UHGV virus genome: UHGV-1455077
Origin: a virus
Reading direction: 5' to 3' (one strand)
Length of the DNA: 64,000 nt
The stretch's first letter is position 1; each line of letters starts with the position of its first letter. The notes beneath the pieces were generated by a model that saw only the letters and a list, made by a program, of their open reading frames with translations, was not told the DNA's origin and ran no database searches. The translations under genes and the position numbers were made by a program. Positions 9,844 through 20,528 of this stretch are shown here, piece by piece.

Positions 9844-10053
9844 ATGCTTAATAATCATAATGAATATAACGAAAAATTAACAGAGTTATTTTGGAATGGA
9901 TTATTAGAAGATGGATTATATGAATGTAATCTAACCAATGGAACAACAGATGTATATATTTTACGAGATGGAAGTTTTTATAAAACTTCTATTTCTAGTG
10001 GTGAACCTATTGACTTATTTGAAATTATGTCAATTATAAGACAGTTTGATTAG
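9844..10053 (+). CDS. small hypothetical protein
   Basis: 69 aa ORF with a GGAG SD. Confidence 0.4.
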   Translation: MLNNHNEYNEKLTELFWNGLLEDGLYECNLTNGTTDVYILRDGSFYKTSISSGEPIDLFEIMSIIRQFD

Positions 10054-10064
10054 GAGAAATAAAA

Positions 10065-10181
10065 TGAAAAAGAAATTTGTTGTATGGAAAAACCAAGATT
10101 CATTGTGGAAACATATTCGCAAGGCTCGTAAAAAACAGTTTTGGAAAAAAGTTCGTCAATTTCTTAAAACTACTAATTAAT
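10065..10181 (+). CDS. very small basic protein (38 aa, K/R/W-rich)
   Basis: A GGAG SD precedes ATG at 10065 (MKKKFVVWKNQDSLWKHIRKARKKQFWKKVRQFLKTTN). It is below the cutoff of the ORF track. Confidence 0.3.
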
Positions 10182-10192
10182 GGAGAAAAATT

Positions 10193-10375
10193 ATGAGTAA
10201 TGAAAAGATTTTTGATTTATTAGTTTTAGAAGATGGTTGCAATTTTCAATTACCATATTCAATTTTAATTGAAGAAAAATCTAAAAATTTCATTAAAAAA
10301 TTAGATGAATTAGAAGTTTTTGAAAAAATTATGGATGAATCCAATCCATATTTAGAAATTAGACGTATTAAATAA
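10193..10375 (+). CDS. small hypothetical protein
   Basis: 60 aa ORF with a GGAG SD. Confidence 0.4.
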   Translation: MSNEKIFDLLVLEDGCNFQLPYSILIEEKSKNFIKKLDELEVFEKIMDESNPYLEIRRIK

Positions 10376-10394
10376 TTAAAAAGGAAATAATATT

Positions 10395-10814
10395 ATGGCA
10401 TTACATACTGATTATATTCATATAGTTTCTAATTCTGATAAAACTAAAGATGTATATTTTTTTGATGATAAATTAAAAGGAAAACAAAAAAATAATTGGC
10501 AAATATATTTTAATAAAGATTTTTTGAAATCTAAAAATATTGCAACTTTTAAAGTTGAAAATGAAAAATTATTTGCAAAATTTCATACAATTGTTAAAAT
10601 TGAAGAATGGCAAGAAATTGGTGATGCCATTACAAAAGAAAGTATTAAAGAACATCATTATATGAAAATTGAAAACGAAAAAACCAAAGAGGGAAAGGAT
10701 TTATTAAGCCAAAAAATTGCAGATGAAAAAAATGCTTATGATGTTATAATGTATGCTTATTGGAAATTTAAAGAACAATATCCTGAATTTGTAAGAATTA
10801 CTATGCAAGAATAA
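10395..10814 (+). CDS. hypothetical protein
   Basis: 139 aa ORF with an AAGGAAA SD. Confidence 0.45.
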   Translation: MALHTDYIHIVSNSDKTKDVYFFDDKLKGKQKNNWQIYFNKDFLKSKNIATFKVENEKLFAKFHTIVKIEEWQEIGDAITKESIKEHHYMKIENEKTKEGKDLLSQKIADEKNAYDVIMYAYWKFKEQYPEFVRITMQE

Positions 10815-10845
10815 TAAAAATTGTTTAAAATATAAGAGGAAACAA

Positions 10846-12111
10846 ATGAGAACTTATTTAGTTGGCGGAGCAGTAAGAGATATGCTACTTGGAAAAGAAC
10901 CACACGATAAAGATTATGTGGTTGTAGAATCATCAGTAGATGAAATGTTATCATTAGGTTATCAACAAGTAGGTAAAGATTTTCCTGTTTTTCTTCATCC
11001 AATAACAGGTGAAGAATATGCACTTGCAAGAACTGAAAGAAAAACTGGAAATAAACATACTGATTTTGAATTTTTTGCTGATTATGCTGTTACCTTATTT
11101 GAAGATTTAGGTCGCCGTGATTTTACTATGAATGCTATTGCTTTTAATATTGAAAATGAAAGTTGTTGGAGTTGTTGCTTAAATGACCCTTTTAAAGGCG
11201 TAAATGATATTAGAAATAAAATTATTCGTCATATTAGTGATTCATTTAAAGAAGACCCACTTCGTGTTTTACGAGCTTGTAGATTTTCAGCACAACTTGG
11301 ATTTGAAATTGCTTCTGAAACTATGGAATTAATGTCAAATATGGTAAATGATGGAATGTTAAATCATTTAACTGTTGAAAGAGTTTGGAAAGAAACTGAA
11401 AAAGCATTATCTTCTGGCTATGATTCTGAAAAATATTTTGAAACTCTTAATCAATGTGGTGCATTGAAAGTATTGTTTCCAGAAATATATAGACTTGTTA
11501 ATACACCTGAACAAGTAAAATATCATCCTTCTGGAAATACTTTTAAACATACAATGATTGCTTTATCAAGAGTTAAAAATGAAAATTCTTTAACAAAATT
11601 TGCCGTTGTTTGCCACGATTTAGGAAAAGGTACAACTCCTGTTGATATTTTACCTAAGCATAGCGGACACGATGAAAGAGGATTAACAGAAATTGATTCT
11701 TTGTGTGATAGACTAAAAGTTCCAAATAATTATAGAAATTGTGCAAAAACATTTTGTAAAAATCATATGCGTATGGCTCGTTTTAATGAAATGAATGTTA
11801 AAAAACAATATGATATGATTAAAGAATTATCAAATAATTTTAAAGAACAAATGCTTTTGGAATTATATATTGATTGTTTTTATGCTGATTGGACAGGTGA
11901 AAATGAACAAACAGCTTGGAATAATTTAGATGAAGCAGATGCAATTACGACAAAAATGAGAAAAATATTTTCTTTAATGGAAAGAATTACTTTAAAAGAT
12001 TTACCAGAAAAAACACAAGAAGATTTAAGTAAACAAAAAGGTGAAAAATTTGGTAAACTTTATCGTGATGCAATGATAAGTTATTTAAAATATAAATTGA
12101 AAAATTCTTAA
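10846..12111 (+). CDS. cca: tRNA nucleotidyltransferase (CCA-adding enzyme) with an HD domain
   Basis: MRTYLVGGAVRDMLLG...DKDYVV is the canonical class II Pol-beta head motif. RRDFTMNA and a later HD region (CHDLGKG) are also present. Confidence 0.85.
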   Translation: MRTYLVGGAVRDMLLGKEPHDKDYVVVESSVDEMLSLGYQQVGKDFPVFLHPITGEEYALARTERKTGNKHTDFEFFADYAVTLFEDLGRRDFTMNAIAFNIENESCWSCCLNDPFKGVNDIRNKIIRHISDSFKEDPLRVLRACRFSAQLGFEIASETMELMSNMVNDGMLNHLTVERVWKETEKALSSGYDSEKYFETLNQCGALKVLFPEIYRLVNTPEQVKYHPSGNTFKHTMIALSRVKNENSLTKFAVVCHDLGKGTTPVDILPKHSGHDERGLTEIDSLCDRLKVPNNYRNCAKTFCKNHMRMARFNEMNVKKQYDMIKELSNNFKEQMLLELYIDCFYADWTGENEQTAWNNLDEADAITTKMRKIFSLMERITLKDLPEKTQEDLSKQKGEKFGKLYRDAMISYLKYKLKNS

Positions 12112-12192
12112 AAATGTGCAATAAATAGTTCTTGTAAGGATGCCTTATGGGTCTTTACAAGAACTTAACTTGCTTTTTATAAGGAGATAAAA

Positions 12193-12684
12193 ATGACAAA
12201 TAATTTAATGTCAATTTATGATAATTTTTTTAATAACAAAAATTCTTTTGTTGGTTTCAATGATTTTTTTAAAGATTTAAATATGTTTGATTTAATGCTT
12301 GATGAAAGAGGTATTAAAGATTCTTTCCCTGCATATAATGTTTATACAAAGGCAATTAATGTTGCCGCAGAAAATGAAGACCCAATTCTCATTGACCATA
12401 CATTTATTGAAGTTGCCTGTGCTGGATATGGAAAAGATAATTTAGAACTTAATTATGATGAAGATTTCCATATTTTAACAATTGAAGGTAATAAAGTTGC
12501 AAATGATTCAAAAGAACAGAATTATAATTATAAAGGAATTGCAACTCGTTCATTTAAACGTATGTGGAAATTAAATGAAAAATTGAAATTTGTTAAAGCT
12601 AAATATGAAGATGGTATTTTAACAATTGAATTTGAACCAGAAATAAAAGCAACAAGTGAAATTAAATCACTTCCAATTGAATAA
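12193..12684 (+). CDS. Small heat-shock protein (Hsp20/alpha-crystallin family)
   Basis: It has an alpha-crystallin-like beta-sandwich: PAYNVY...DPILIDHTF.EVA.AGY.KDNLEL.YD.D.L.I.G, ending with ILTIEFE. Confidence 0.7.
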   Translation: MTNNLMSIYDNFFNNKNSFVGFNDFFKDLNMFDLMLDERGIKDSFPAYNVYTKAINVAAENEDPILIDHTFIEVACAGYGKDNLELNYDEDFHILTIEGNKVANDSKEQNYNYKGIATRSFKRMWKLNEKLKFVKAKYEDGILTIEFEPEIKATSEIKSLPIE

Positions 12685-12711
12685 AAAAGAGGAGCATTTG
12701 CTCCTCTTTCT
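12685..12711. terminator. bidirectional rho-independent terminator
   Basis: AGAGGAGCA tt TGCTCCTCT lies between convergent genes. Confidence 0.7.
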
Positions 12712-15700
12712 AATCATTCGCACCCCATTTAATTGTATCAATATTTCCATAAATTTCTTTTAAAAACCAACCAAATTTTTCTTTTGTAATTTCTATTGCA
12801 TCATCAATATCGTCATCTTCTGAAATATAGGGCCAAACTAAAACTTCATTGTTATCTCCTAATGTACCAACAATATCACCATCAACATCAGCATATTCCA
12901 TAACTGCACCGTGCATAGCAACGCCAGCATCCCATACATATAATGTTTTTGATTGAGAATTATATACAAATCTAAAAGCTCCATATTCTGTTTTACTAAA
13001 AGTATTTCTTATCCATTCTGCCGAAGGATTTTTCCAAACTTTTAATTGAATATAATTTTCACTATATTCATCATAAACTTCTTCATTAAAATATAATGAT
13101 TCATTTAAATTAAATCTTTTAACATCCAGAACTTGAACATCTTTAGGATTAAATATAACAAAACATCTTCCATCTTGTTCACCAACATAAGTAATACCTT
13201 TAATACCATATTTTAGTAATACCATAGATGCTTTTTTAGAAGTTTCAAAAGCGTAAACCATTTTAGAATAAATTTCTTGACCTGTATCTGTATCTTCAAA
13301 TTCTAAATTAAATATGTTATTAATTTTATACAATTTATCTTTGATAGATGGAAATTGTTGATTTAAAGTTCTGTCTTCATATAAGTACCCATTTTCAGGT
13401 ATATCGCAAGTATAAACATAAGAAGGTTCTTGTTTAATATAATCTAATAATTTTAATTGAATTTTCTTTTGTTTAATTCTTTTTTTGATATTCTCAAGCA
13501 TTTGTGAGTTATTGTTACCCATAGAATTCCAATGTTTTAAACTTAATTCGTAATCTTTTATTAAATAATTCAATTCTTCTCTATAATCTGGAATAGTATA
13601 AGATGTAACATTAGCAAAAAAATTATATAATGTTTCATTATCTTTTTGATTTATTTTTTTATTTCCAAGATAAACACCAGTATCATTCCATTTTATTAAT
13701 TGACCTTTAAAATATGTTTTTTTGTTTACAGAAAATGTTTTAGCATATTTTTCGCCAATTTTTCTATCTAATGCATAATATAATCCCCAACCGTGTGCTT
13801 GATTTCCTTCGCCTGAACCAATAGCAATCAAAGAAGGTTTTTCATACTGTGTTGGAGAACCAGCATAAACTCTCATTTCATTAATTTGATGTTTGCCATT
13901 ATATTTTTCAATAAGAAGTTTATATAATTTTGTATCTAAAAAGTCATCAGTTCTATAATAAACAACAAAATTTTTACAAATAATCATATCATCAAAATAA
14001 TCATTTTTTCTATCAAAAGAAAAATAATCATTTTCATCAATTAAAATAGCAGGAAGATTTTCCCAATATTCATCTTTTTCACGTTGATTTTTAAAATTAT
14101 AATAACCTGCTTGAATAGCATAATCAAATAATTGATTATGTATATTAAATAAAGAATTGCCAATAATATATAAATTTTTATTTGTATCAATTAAAACTCT
14201 CATAGAAGGAATTTTATTAGTTAATTTAATAACATCGTAAACATTATTTGTAATATAAATTGGTGTATGAATAGTTTCAATTGTTTGTAATGATTCTTTT
14301 ATAGTATTATTTGAATCCCACATTTTATGCAATGTATCGTAAATAACTTGTATTTGATGCTCATCAAATTTCCATAATTTACCAATGTTTTCATCAGCCC
14401 ATTCAAAAGGTGTATTTCCGTAATATTCTGACATAGCACACCAATCTGCACACATTTCATATAATGCTTCATCGGGCATTTTACCTCTTACATCTGGTGC
14501 TTTAAAATAACTATTTTTATCCCAATGTTGAGAATGATGAGCATTATTACGATAATGTAATTCTTGAGCTACTTTAAATGATTTCCATTCCTCATCAGTA
14601 CAATTCATTTTACCCCAAATAAAACCTTTAATGTAAGGAATTAATAATTCTTTTGAAAATTTATCAGCATCGTGATTTGGATATTGTTTGTTTATTTTAG
14701 AAGCATATTTATTAACTAAATTTTTATGATTTTCATAATGTTGTTTAAATTCTTTTACATCTTCTTCAGATATTTTTTTATTTTCAACATTTTCATTTAA
14801 ACATTCATCAACATTTTCTGAATAAGGAGACCATAATCCTTTATTATAAACAGATTTAATTTGTGAAGGATTCCAAACAATATATTCATCTATAATATTA
14901 TTTGAACCACCCATTGGTGTACAATTATCAAGTACATTTTTAAAAATTACTCCATCAAATGATTCTTGCTGTATATATTCATCATTTTCTTCATCATAAG
15001 TTTCTAATTTATTAATAATATCATAATATAAATCTTCATCAAATAAATCATTGTTAAAATCAACATTACCTTGTAATGTTGCAATGATGGTATGACGAAC
15101 AGAATGGTTAAGCATACCCCCCTCAAAATCATAAATATAAGGATTTTCAATTTGAAGAAATGATGGGTTAATAGTTGGATTTTCTAATTTCTTTTCTCTA
15201 ATTTCTTCAGCATAAGCATACCAATCTTTTTCTTTGTCTATACCTTTATCATAAAATTCACTTTCTTTTGCTCTTACTTCAGCTTCACCTGAATAATCAA
15301 GAGCGGCATCTTTATCTGATGTGAAATAAAATGCACCTTCTTCATTATTACCTGTGTTTAAACTACAATAATTTTTATCAAATCTTTTAATATTAACATT
15401 GCTTCCGTGATAACAAATTAATGGATTACCATTCACATCAACAACTTTGGAATTACCAAACCATTTCCAGAAATTATCATTTAATAAATATTCTTGTTTT
15501 AATTCTTTTGAATTATTTGAATTAATCTTTTTATTTTCAAAATCAATGTCATCTCCAACATTTACTTTATTAAATGTTCCTTCTCCAAACCAGTTATCTA
15601 TAATTTTTTGATGATACCATTGTCCATCATCTAATTTGATTTGATTTTTATATTTGTCTTCAACAACTGATTCATCTAATAAACCTAAATCGTCATCGGC

Positions 15701-17233
15701 ATATAATTCTTCCCATTTTTCTTTTGGAATAGTATTTGTAGAATTATCTTTTGAATTATATCCTAATTTATTAAACCAATCACTAAATGTAAAACCCCAA
15801 ATATCATAATCATTTTTTCTAAACATTACATTAGCAAAACCATCTCTGAATTTTTTATCAACTGGATAAATGTATCTTCTAAAAATATCATCGTGAGTTC
15901 CGTAATATGCATCCCAAACATAAATATCATCATTAAAATGAGGACCAACAATTGCTCTTAATTGTTTATTCTTGGAATTTTTTAATAAATCATTAAATTC
16001 TTTTTTAGTAGGATTTTTTAAAATAGTGAAAAAAACGTCATCACCTTGTTCATCTTTCCATTGAGATGCGTGATGAATACTTTCTTCTAAGAAACCATTT
16101 TTTATTAAATATTGTGGAACTAATGCATTATAAAAATTAAATTTACTTGTAAAATCTTTTATTGCATCAAGTTTATTACATTCATATATTTTTGTATATT
16201 TTTTATCATTTGTATAGATAATAATTTCAGAATGTTCAGAAATATTATTAGCTTTTTTAATATCTTCCTGTTTAAAATATTTTTCATCAAATACTGGTTT
16301 TTTTGTATCTAAATCAAACATATCAATATTTAAAATTAACGCTGATATTCTATCATATCTTCCATCTTCACTTTCAACAATACATATTTGGTCGCCATCA
16401 GCATCAGTTTTAATATCAGTAATTGTCCATTTAATATTATTTTCATCAATGTAAGACATTCCAACTTCAAATTCAATATAATCATCATCAAACATAACAC
16501 CTGTATTTGCAAATTCAGATTTTCGTTGAACATATCCTTCATCTAAATTTCTTGGAGTCGCATTGCCTATTAATTTAATTTGTTTATTTTCAAATACAGC
16601 ATAATTCTTTGTTCCATTTTCAGTAACTTGCATAGAATTATAAGCTGTTTTAATAATATCTGTATAATCTTCAACAATTTCCCAGTTATTATCTTTTAAT
16701 GGTGATTTTATATATTCATTATAATTAGTAAAATATTGTTCATTACCATTTGCATCTTCATAAGAAAATTTACCAACTTTTTTTAGAAGCCAATTAAAAT
16801 GTGAACGTTCATTAAAAATAAAACATTTACCAATATCTAATTGTGCTTTATAAATGTATTTCCCCCAATTTTTAGCAAATTCAATTTCTGATGTCCAAAA
16901 AATAGATTTTGTATTGAATTCTTTAATGTTTTTTTTATCTGAACCGTGGTAATATATAGAAGCACCAAAACCTTCAAATATTGGACGAGCAATAATTTTA
17001 ACATAATCATTTTCATATACTAATGAAACATTAAGTTTTTCATTTAATAATTTAAATGATTCAGTTAAATTACTTGGTTTTTTAAAAGAAATTTTTTGAA
17101 GATTATTCTTTAATTCTTCTTTTGAAATGCAATTAACAATATTATTATTTTCAATTAAAATATCATCATTTTTAATTTTTAATACATTATAAATTTGATG
17201 TCCGAAACGTATTTTATTACCGATGTTCAACAT
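12710..17233 (-). CDS. Giant 1507-aa multidomain hypothetical protein
   Basis: One uninterrupted minus-strand ORF, rich in N/K/Y/D. It is the only long antisense gene in the region. No diagnostic catalytic motif is recognised. Confidence 0.6.
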   Translation of the reverse strand: MLNIGNKIRFGHQIYNVLKIKNDDILIENNNIVNCISKEELKNNLQKISFKKPSNLTESFKLLNEKLNVSLVYENDYVKIIARPIFEGFGASIYYHGSDKKNIKEFNTKSIFWTSEIEFAKNWGKYIYKAQLDIGKCFIFNERSHFNWLLKKVGKFSYEDANGNEQYFTNYNEYIKSPLKDNNWEIVEDYTDIIKTAYNSMQVTENGTKNYAVFENKQIKLIGNATPRNLDEGYVQRKSEFANTGVMFDDDYIEFEVGMSYIDENNIKWTITDIKTDADGDQICIVESEDGRYDRISALILNIDMFDLDTKKPVFDEKYFKQEDIKKANNISEHSEIIIYTNDKKYTKIYECNKLDAIKDFTSKFNFYNALVPQYLIKNGFLEESIHHASQWKDEQGDDVFFTILKNPTKKEFNDLLKNSKNKQLRAIVGPHFNDDIYVWDAYYGTHDDIFRRYIYPVDKKFRDGFANVMFRKNDYDIWGFTFSDWFNKLGYNSKDNSTNTIPKEKWEELYADDDLGLLDESVVEDKYKNQIKLDDGQWYHQKIIDNWFGEGTFNKVNVGDDIDFENKKINSNNSKELKQEYLLNDNFWKWFGNSKVVDVNGNPLICYHGSNVNIKRFDKNYCSLNTGNNEEGAFYFTSDKDAALDYSGEAEVRAKESEFYDKGIDKEKDWYAYAEEIREKKLENPTINPSFLQIENPYIYDFEGGMLNHSVRHTIIATLQGNVDFNNDLFDEDLYYDIINKLETYDEENDEYIQQESFDGVIFKNVLDNCTPMGGSNNIIDEYIVWNPSQIKSVYNKGLWSPYSENVDECLNENVENKKISEEDVKEFKQHYENHKNLVNKYASKINKQYPNHDADKFSKELLIPYIKGFIWGKMNCTDEEWKSFKVAQELHYRNNAHHSQHWDKNSYFKAPDVRGKMPDEALYEMCADWCAMSEYYGNTPFEWADENIGKLWKFDEHQIQVIYDTLHKMWDSNNTIKESLQTIETIHTPIYITNNVYDVIKLTNKIPSMRVLIDTNKNLYIIGNSLFNIHNQLFDYAIQAGYYNFKNQREKDEYWENLPAILIDENDYFSFDRKNDYFDDMIICKNFVVYYRTDDFLDTKLYKLLIEKYNGKHQINEMRVYAGSPTQYEKPSLIAIGSGEGNQAHGWGLYYALDRKIGEKYAKTFSVNKKTYFKGQLIKWNDTGVYLGNKKINQKDNETLYNFFANVTSYTIPDYREELNYLIKDYELSLKHWNSMGNNNSQMLENIKKRIKQKKIQLKLLDYIKQEPSYVYTCDIPENGYLYEDRTLNQQFPSIKDKLYKINNIFNLEFEDTDTGQEIYSKMVYAFETSKKASMVLLKYGIKGITYVGEQDGRCFVIFNPKDVQVLDVKRFNLNESLYFNEEVYDEYSENYIQLKVWKNPSAEWIRNTFSKTEYGAFRFVYNSQSKTLYVWDAGVAMHGAVMEYADVDGDIVGTLGDNNEVLVWPYISEDDDIDDAIEITKEKFGWFLKEIYGNIDTIKWGAND

Positions 17234-17297
17234 AATACTTGACTTTTCCTAAAAATTGTTATATACAATATTTATAGAAATAAATTTAGGAGATTAT

Positions 17298-17501
17298 ATG
17301 ACATTAAAAGAAATTCTTGAGAAAACGAAAAATGATAATTCTGGTTATGTTCAAAGAAAATCAGCGGCAAAATATGATTATATTGTTATTGATAAACATA
17401 ATTCTATTTTAGATAATAATGGATTTTTAAAACCATTGACAGAAGAAGAAATTAAAGCAACAGATTGGGAAATTAAAAGCTGGGATAATTTAAATGTTTA
17501 A
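17298..17501 (+). CDS. small hypothetical protein; start set to the ATG after the AGGAG SD
   Basis: The ORF track starts at 17256, but an AGGAGATTAT SD precedes the ATG at 17298. Confidence 0.4.
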   Translation: MTLKEILEKTKNDNSGYVQRKSAAKYDYIVIDKHNSILDNNGFLKPLTEEEIKATDWEIKSWDNLNV

Positions 17502-18066
17502 ATGTGAATATTGCGGGAAGGTATTAAAAACTGAAACAGGATTTCAGAAACATATGTGCGAAAAAAAGAAACGCATATTTAATTTTAATTATGGTGCATT
17601 TAATTGCTATATTGATTATATGTGTTTTTCACGAACAAGAATTTCAAAAGACCCTGAAAAACAAAAATTAACTTTTATTAATTCACCACTTTATAAAACA
17701 TTTGTAACAGTTAATGAGTATTTAAAAACTATTGATACTTTATTTCCACATCAATATATTCAATGGCTTGCAAATAATATGATAGAAAGTAAAAAATGGG
17801 CTGATGACCATACATATCATTGCTTTTTATATGATTATTTGCATAGTGAAGAACAAGAGAGAGCAATTCAAAGAAGTGAAGAATTTCTTAAAAAAATAAA
17901 TGAAAATCTTGAAACAATTTCTCCCTATGATTTATATGTTGCGTTATATAATGGAAAAATTAGTTACAAGTATATTCAATATTTAAATTTTGATTATGTA
18001 AATAAAATTGATATTGTGTTATCATCTACTGAATTAAATCAACTTAAATTTTTCTTGGAGTGTTAA
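17494..18066 (+). CDS. hypothetical protein with an N-terminal C2H2-like zinc finger
   Basis: CEYCGKVLKTETGFQKHMC. Confidence 0.5.
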   Translation: MFKCEYCGKVLKTETGFQKHMCEKKKRIFNFNYGAFNCYIDYMCFSRTRISKDPEKQKLTFINSPLYKTFVTVNEYLKTIDTLFPHQYIQWLANNMIESKKWADDHTYHCFLYDYLHSEEQERAIQRSEEFLKKINENLETISPYDLYVALYNGKISYKYIQYLNFDYVNKIDIVLSSTELNQLKFFLEC

Positions 18067-18302
18067 CAATGAGTTTGGAATTATTAAATTTTATTTTTTC
18101 AACTGTTATGTATTGTGCGTGTTCCTATTTAGCAATGGCATTACTTACAGTTGATTGTTTAGATTCTAATTATTCAGATAATTTTTTATTTAAAAATGAA
18201 AAAAGAATAAATTTAGCATTGAAACTATCTCCGATTGCATTACCTTTATTTTTTATATATGGAAGTTTACTTGGATTGAGAGATTGGTTATGGAAAAAAT
18301 AA
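18060..18302 (+). CDS. small membrane protein
   Basis: 80 aa ORF with two hydrophobic helices. Confidence 0.4.
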   Translation: MLTMSLELLNFIFSTVMYCACSYLAMALLTVDCLDSNYSDNFLFKNEKRINLALKLSPIALPLFFIYGSLLGLRDWLWKK

Positions 18303-18886
18303 AATACAATATTCCAGATTTAGACGTTGATATGAGCCAAAAAACACGTGATACAATTATTAAAAAATTGTATCACATTCCTGCATCTAAAATAAATGAT
18401 AAAGGAATCAATCCTCACGGCGTTGGCGTTTATTTTTGTAATATTCCTTATGATAGATTAACAGGATTAGCATCTTTAGATTATAAACACGCCGAAGAAG
18501 ATTTAGGATATATAAAAATAGATTTTTTACATAATTCCATTTATGATTCTTTTGATGATAGACAACAACTTTTTAATGTTATGGAACAAGAACCAAATTG
18601 GAATTTATTATATAAAAAAGATATTGTTGAACAACTACCACATATCAATAATTATTTTACATTATTAAATCAATTACCAAAAATTGATTCTGTTGATAAA
18701 TTAGCAATGTTTATTGCTATTATTCGTCCTGCTAAAAAATATTTAATTTCTGAAGTTACAAACAATGGGTGGGATTCAATTATTGATAAAATATGGATTA
18801 AAGAAGATACTGGATATATGTATAAAAAATCACACGCTGTTGCGTATGCATTATCTATTACTGTTGCAATGAGTAAATTTATTTAG
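18284..18886 (+). CDS. hypothetical protein
   Basis: 200 aa ORF. Confidence 0.45.
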   Translation: MVMEKIKYNIPDLDVDMSQKTRDTIIKKLYHIPASKINDKGINPHGVGVYFCNIPYDRLTGLASLDYKHAEEDLGYIKIDFLHNSIYDSFDDRQQLFNVMEQEPNWNLLYKKDIVEQLPHINNYFTLLNQLPKIDSVDKLAMFIAIIRPAKKYLISEVTNNGWDSIIDKIWIKEDTGYMYKKSHAVAYALSITVAMSKFI

Positions 18887-19284
18887 TAGCCGCAGGCATA
18901 CCAATCAAAACCATCTGTCCACGAATATTTTCCAATAATAATAGAGGTGTTGTTTTTAGTAAAAATAAATGGCGGATAAGCAGTACCTAAACCGTTTTCA
19001 GTTGAATATTTATTTGCACACGAAGTAAATGTATAATTTGTATTTGTAAATGATTTTTTAAATGTAATTGTTTTAGAATTATAGGAATCTCCTGATGTTA
19101 TTAATCCAGTTGTTCCGCCTTGTTCAATCCAGCCATCTGACCAAATACGATACCATTCAGTTCCTTCATTCCAAGTTTCAATTATTCTTTTTGAATTTTC
19201 TAAATTAATTAAACGGTTATTTATTTCATCTAATTTTGAAATTAATTCATCTACTCGTGATATAGGTAATTTACTTGTATCCAT
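18883..19284 (-). CDS. Paralog family member 1: coiled-coil N-terminus with a variable beta-rich C-terminus (possible fibre/adhesin-like protein)
   Basis: MDTSKLPISRVDELISKLDEINNRLINLEN...WYRIWSDGWIEQGG is shared with the genes at 19344 and 36590. The C-terminal 70 aa are unique. Confidence 0.55.
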   Translation of the reverse strand: MDTSKLPISRVDELISKLDEINNRLINLENSKRIIETWNEGTEWYRIWSDGWIEQGGTTGLITSGDSYNSKTITFKKSFTNTNYTFTSCANKYSTENGLGTAYPPFIFTKNNTSIIIGKYSWTDGFDWYACGY

Positions 19285-19325
19285 TTGAATTATCCCCTTT
19301 GTCTGTATTTAATAAATACAGACAA
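19110..19325. repeat. ~215-bp direct repeat copy A (paralog N-terminus plus upstream palindrome), >90% identical to 36820-37035
   Basis: Both copies run from CC(G/A)CCTTGTTCAATCCAGCCATCTGACCAAA through GTCTGTATTTA.TAAATACAGACAAACT. Confidence 0.7.
19291..19313. promoter_or_regulatory. perfect palindrome (operator-like or hairpin) upstream of the paralog gene
   Basis: GTCTGTATTTAATAAATACAGAC, located 6 nt upstream of the minus-strand RBS AAGGGGA. Confidence 0.5.
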
Positions 19326-19343
19326 ACTACACAGATGAATAAT

Positions 19344-19808
19344 TTATGCTTTAAATCCAGCAACAAACCATTTAAAATTACTTGTGTTTGGATTAAGATA
19401 ATGAGAAAATATTGTTATTTGAGAAACTGATGTTGGAATGCCACCAATACCCATTTCAGTATCACCAATAGCACGACCAGAAGATTGTGAAACAAGAACT
19501 AAATAGTTTGTATTTAACATTGTAATATGTAAATTAACTGCTTTTGTTGAGTTTTCATCAATTGTATTTTGTCCACCCTGTTCTATCCAACCATCACTCC
19601 AAATTCTATACCAATCATCTCCATTGGAATATGTTTCAGTTATATATCTTCTTGATTCTAATGTTAATAAACGACTATCTAATTGTAATAAAGAAGAATT
19701 TATATTGGTGATATTTGTATTAATATTAACAATACTATTATTAATTTCTGATAATTTATCAATCAATTCATCAACACGAGAAATAGGTAATTTACTTGTA
19801 TCAACCAT
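19344..19808 (-). CDS. Paralog family member 2
   Basis: MVDTSKLPISRVDELIDKLSEINN...WYRIWSDGWIEQGG, followed by a divergent C-terminus. Confidence 0.55.
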   Translation of the reverse strand: MVDTSKLPISRVDELIDKLSEINNSIVNINTNITNINSSLLQLDSRLLTLESRRYITETYSNGDDWYRIWSDGWIEQGGQNTIDENSTKAVNLHITMLNTNYLVLVSQSSGRAIGDTEMGIGGIPTSVSQITIFSHYLNPNTSNFKWFVAGFKA

Positions 19809-19820
19809 AATATAATCCTT

Positions 19821-19845
19821 TATGGATATTTAATAAATATCCATA
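19821..19845. promoter_or_regulatory. palindrome upstream of paralog 2
   Basis: TATGGATATTTAATAAATATCCATA. It has the same ATTTAATAAAT core as the other two sites. Confidence 0.45.
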
Positions 19846-19867
19846 AACTGTTTAATTCAGCAGATAC

Positions 19868-20179
19868 TTACTTAGATTTTGTTAAATCCAAAAGATTCAT
19901 AAATTTTTGTTTATAGGCTTTATCACCATCTGATAATTCATCATCAGATTTAGATAAAAATTCATCAAAAACATAATTTAAATAAGTTTTAATTTCTTTA
20001 TCGTGGTCTTTAATTGGTTCTTTGGTTGAATAACCATCCCAAATAGATGGAATACTAAATTCTGAAAATAAAGTTTTGCAGTCGTTTGCCAGAACATCAT
20101 TTATATAAATTTTTAAAGGTTCTTTAAATTTGTAAGTTTTTCGTTTATATATAAATTTTTTTATAGGATATACAGCCAT
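19868..20179 (-). CDS. hypothetical protein
   Basis: 103 aa ORF on the minus strand within the minus-strand cluster. Confidence 0.4.
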   Translation of the reverse strand: MAVYPIKKFIYKRKTYKFKEPLKIYINDVLANDCKTLFSEFSIPSIWDGYSTKEPIKDHDKEIKTYLNYVFDEFLSKSDDELSDGDKAYKQKFMNLLDLTKSK

Positions 20180-20186
20180 TTTAACC

Positions 20187-20528
20187 TCAATCTAAATGTA
20201 TTATTTTTCTCTTTATACGCTTTTCTGAAAGATTTTTCAATTTGATTCCTTCAAAGCCATTTGATATAATATAATCATTATTAGAAAGATGCTGTTTACA
20301 ATAGTCAAATTGGTCAAAAATTTGTTGATAATATAAGGAGATAGGAATATTTGGAGAGTTTTTCCACCAGTTATCTGCTAAACGAATAAATTTTTCAACA
20401 TCCATTGGTTTTAATTCTTTAACATTATAAAATGAAATATAATTTTTAGATACTGATTGGATTAAACAGATAATTGATGTTTCAAATTTTTTATTAAATA
20501 ATTCAGTTAAATATGGATATTTTAACAT
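20187..20528 (-). CDS. hypothetical protein
   Basis: 113 aa ORF. Confidence 0.4.
   Translation of the reverse strand: MLKYPYLTELFNKKFETSIICLIQSVSKNYISFYNVKELKPMDVEKFIRLADNWWKNSPNIPISLYYQQIFDQFDYCKQHLSNNDYIISNGFEGIKLKNLSEKRIKRKIIHLD

Noticed and set aside
16336-16542. 68-aa ORF inside the 1507-aa gene
   Set aside because: It is an alternative frame of a long continuous ORF, and its translation is low complexity.
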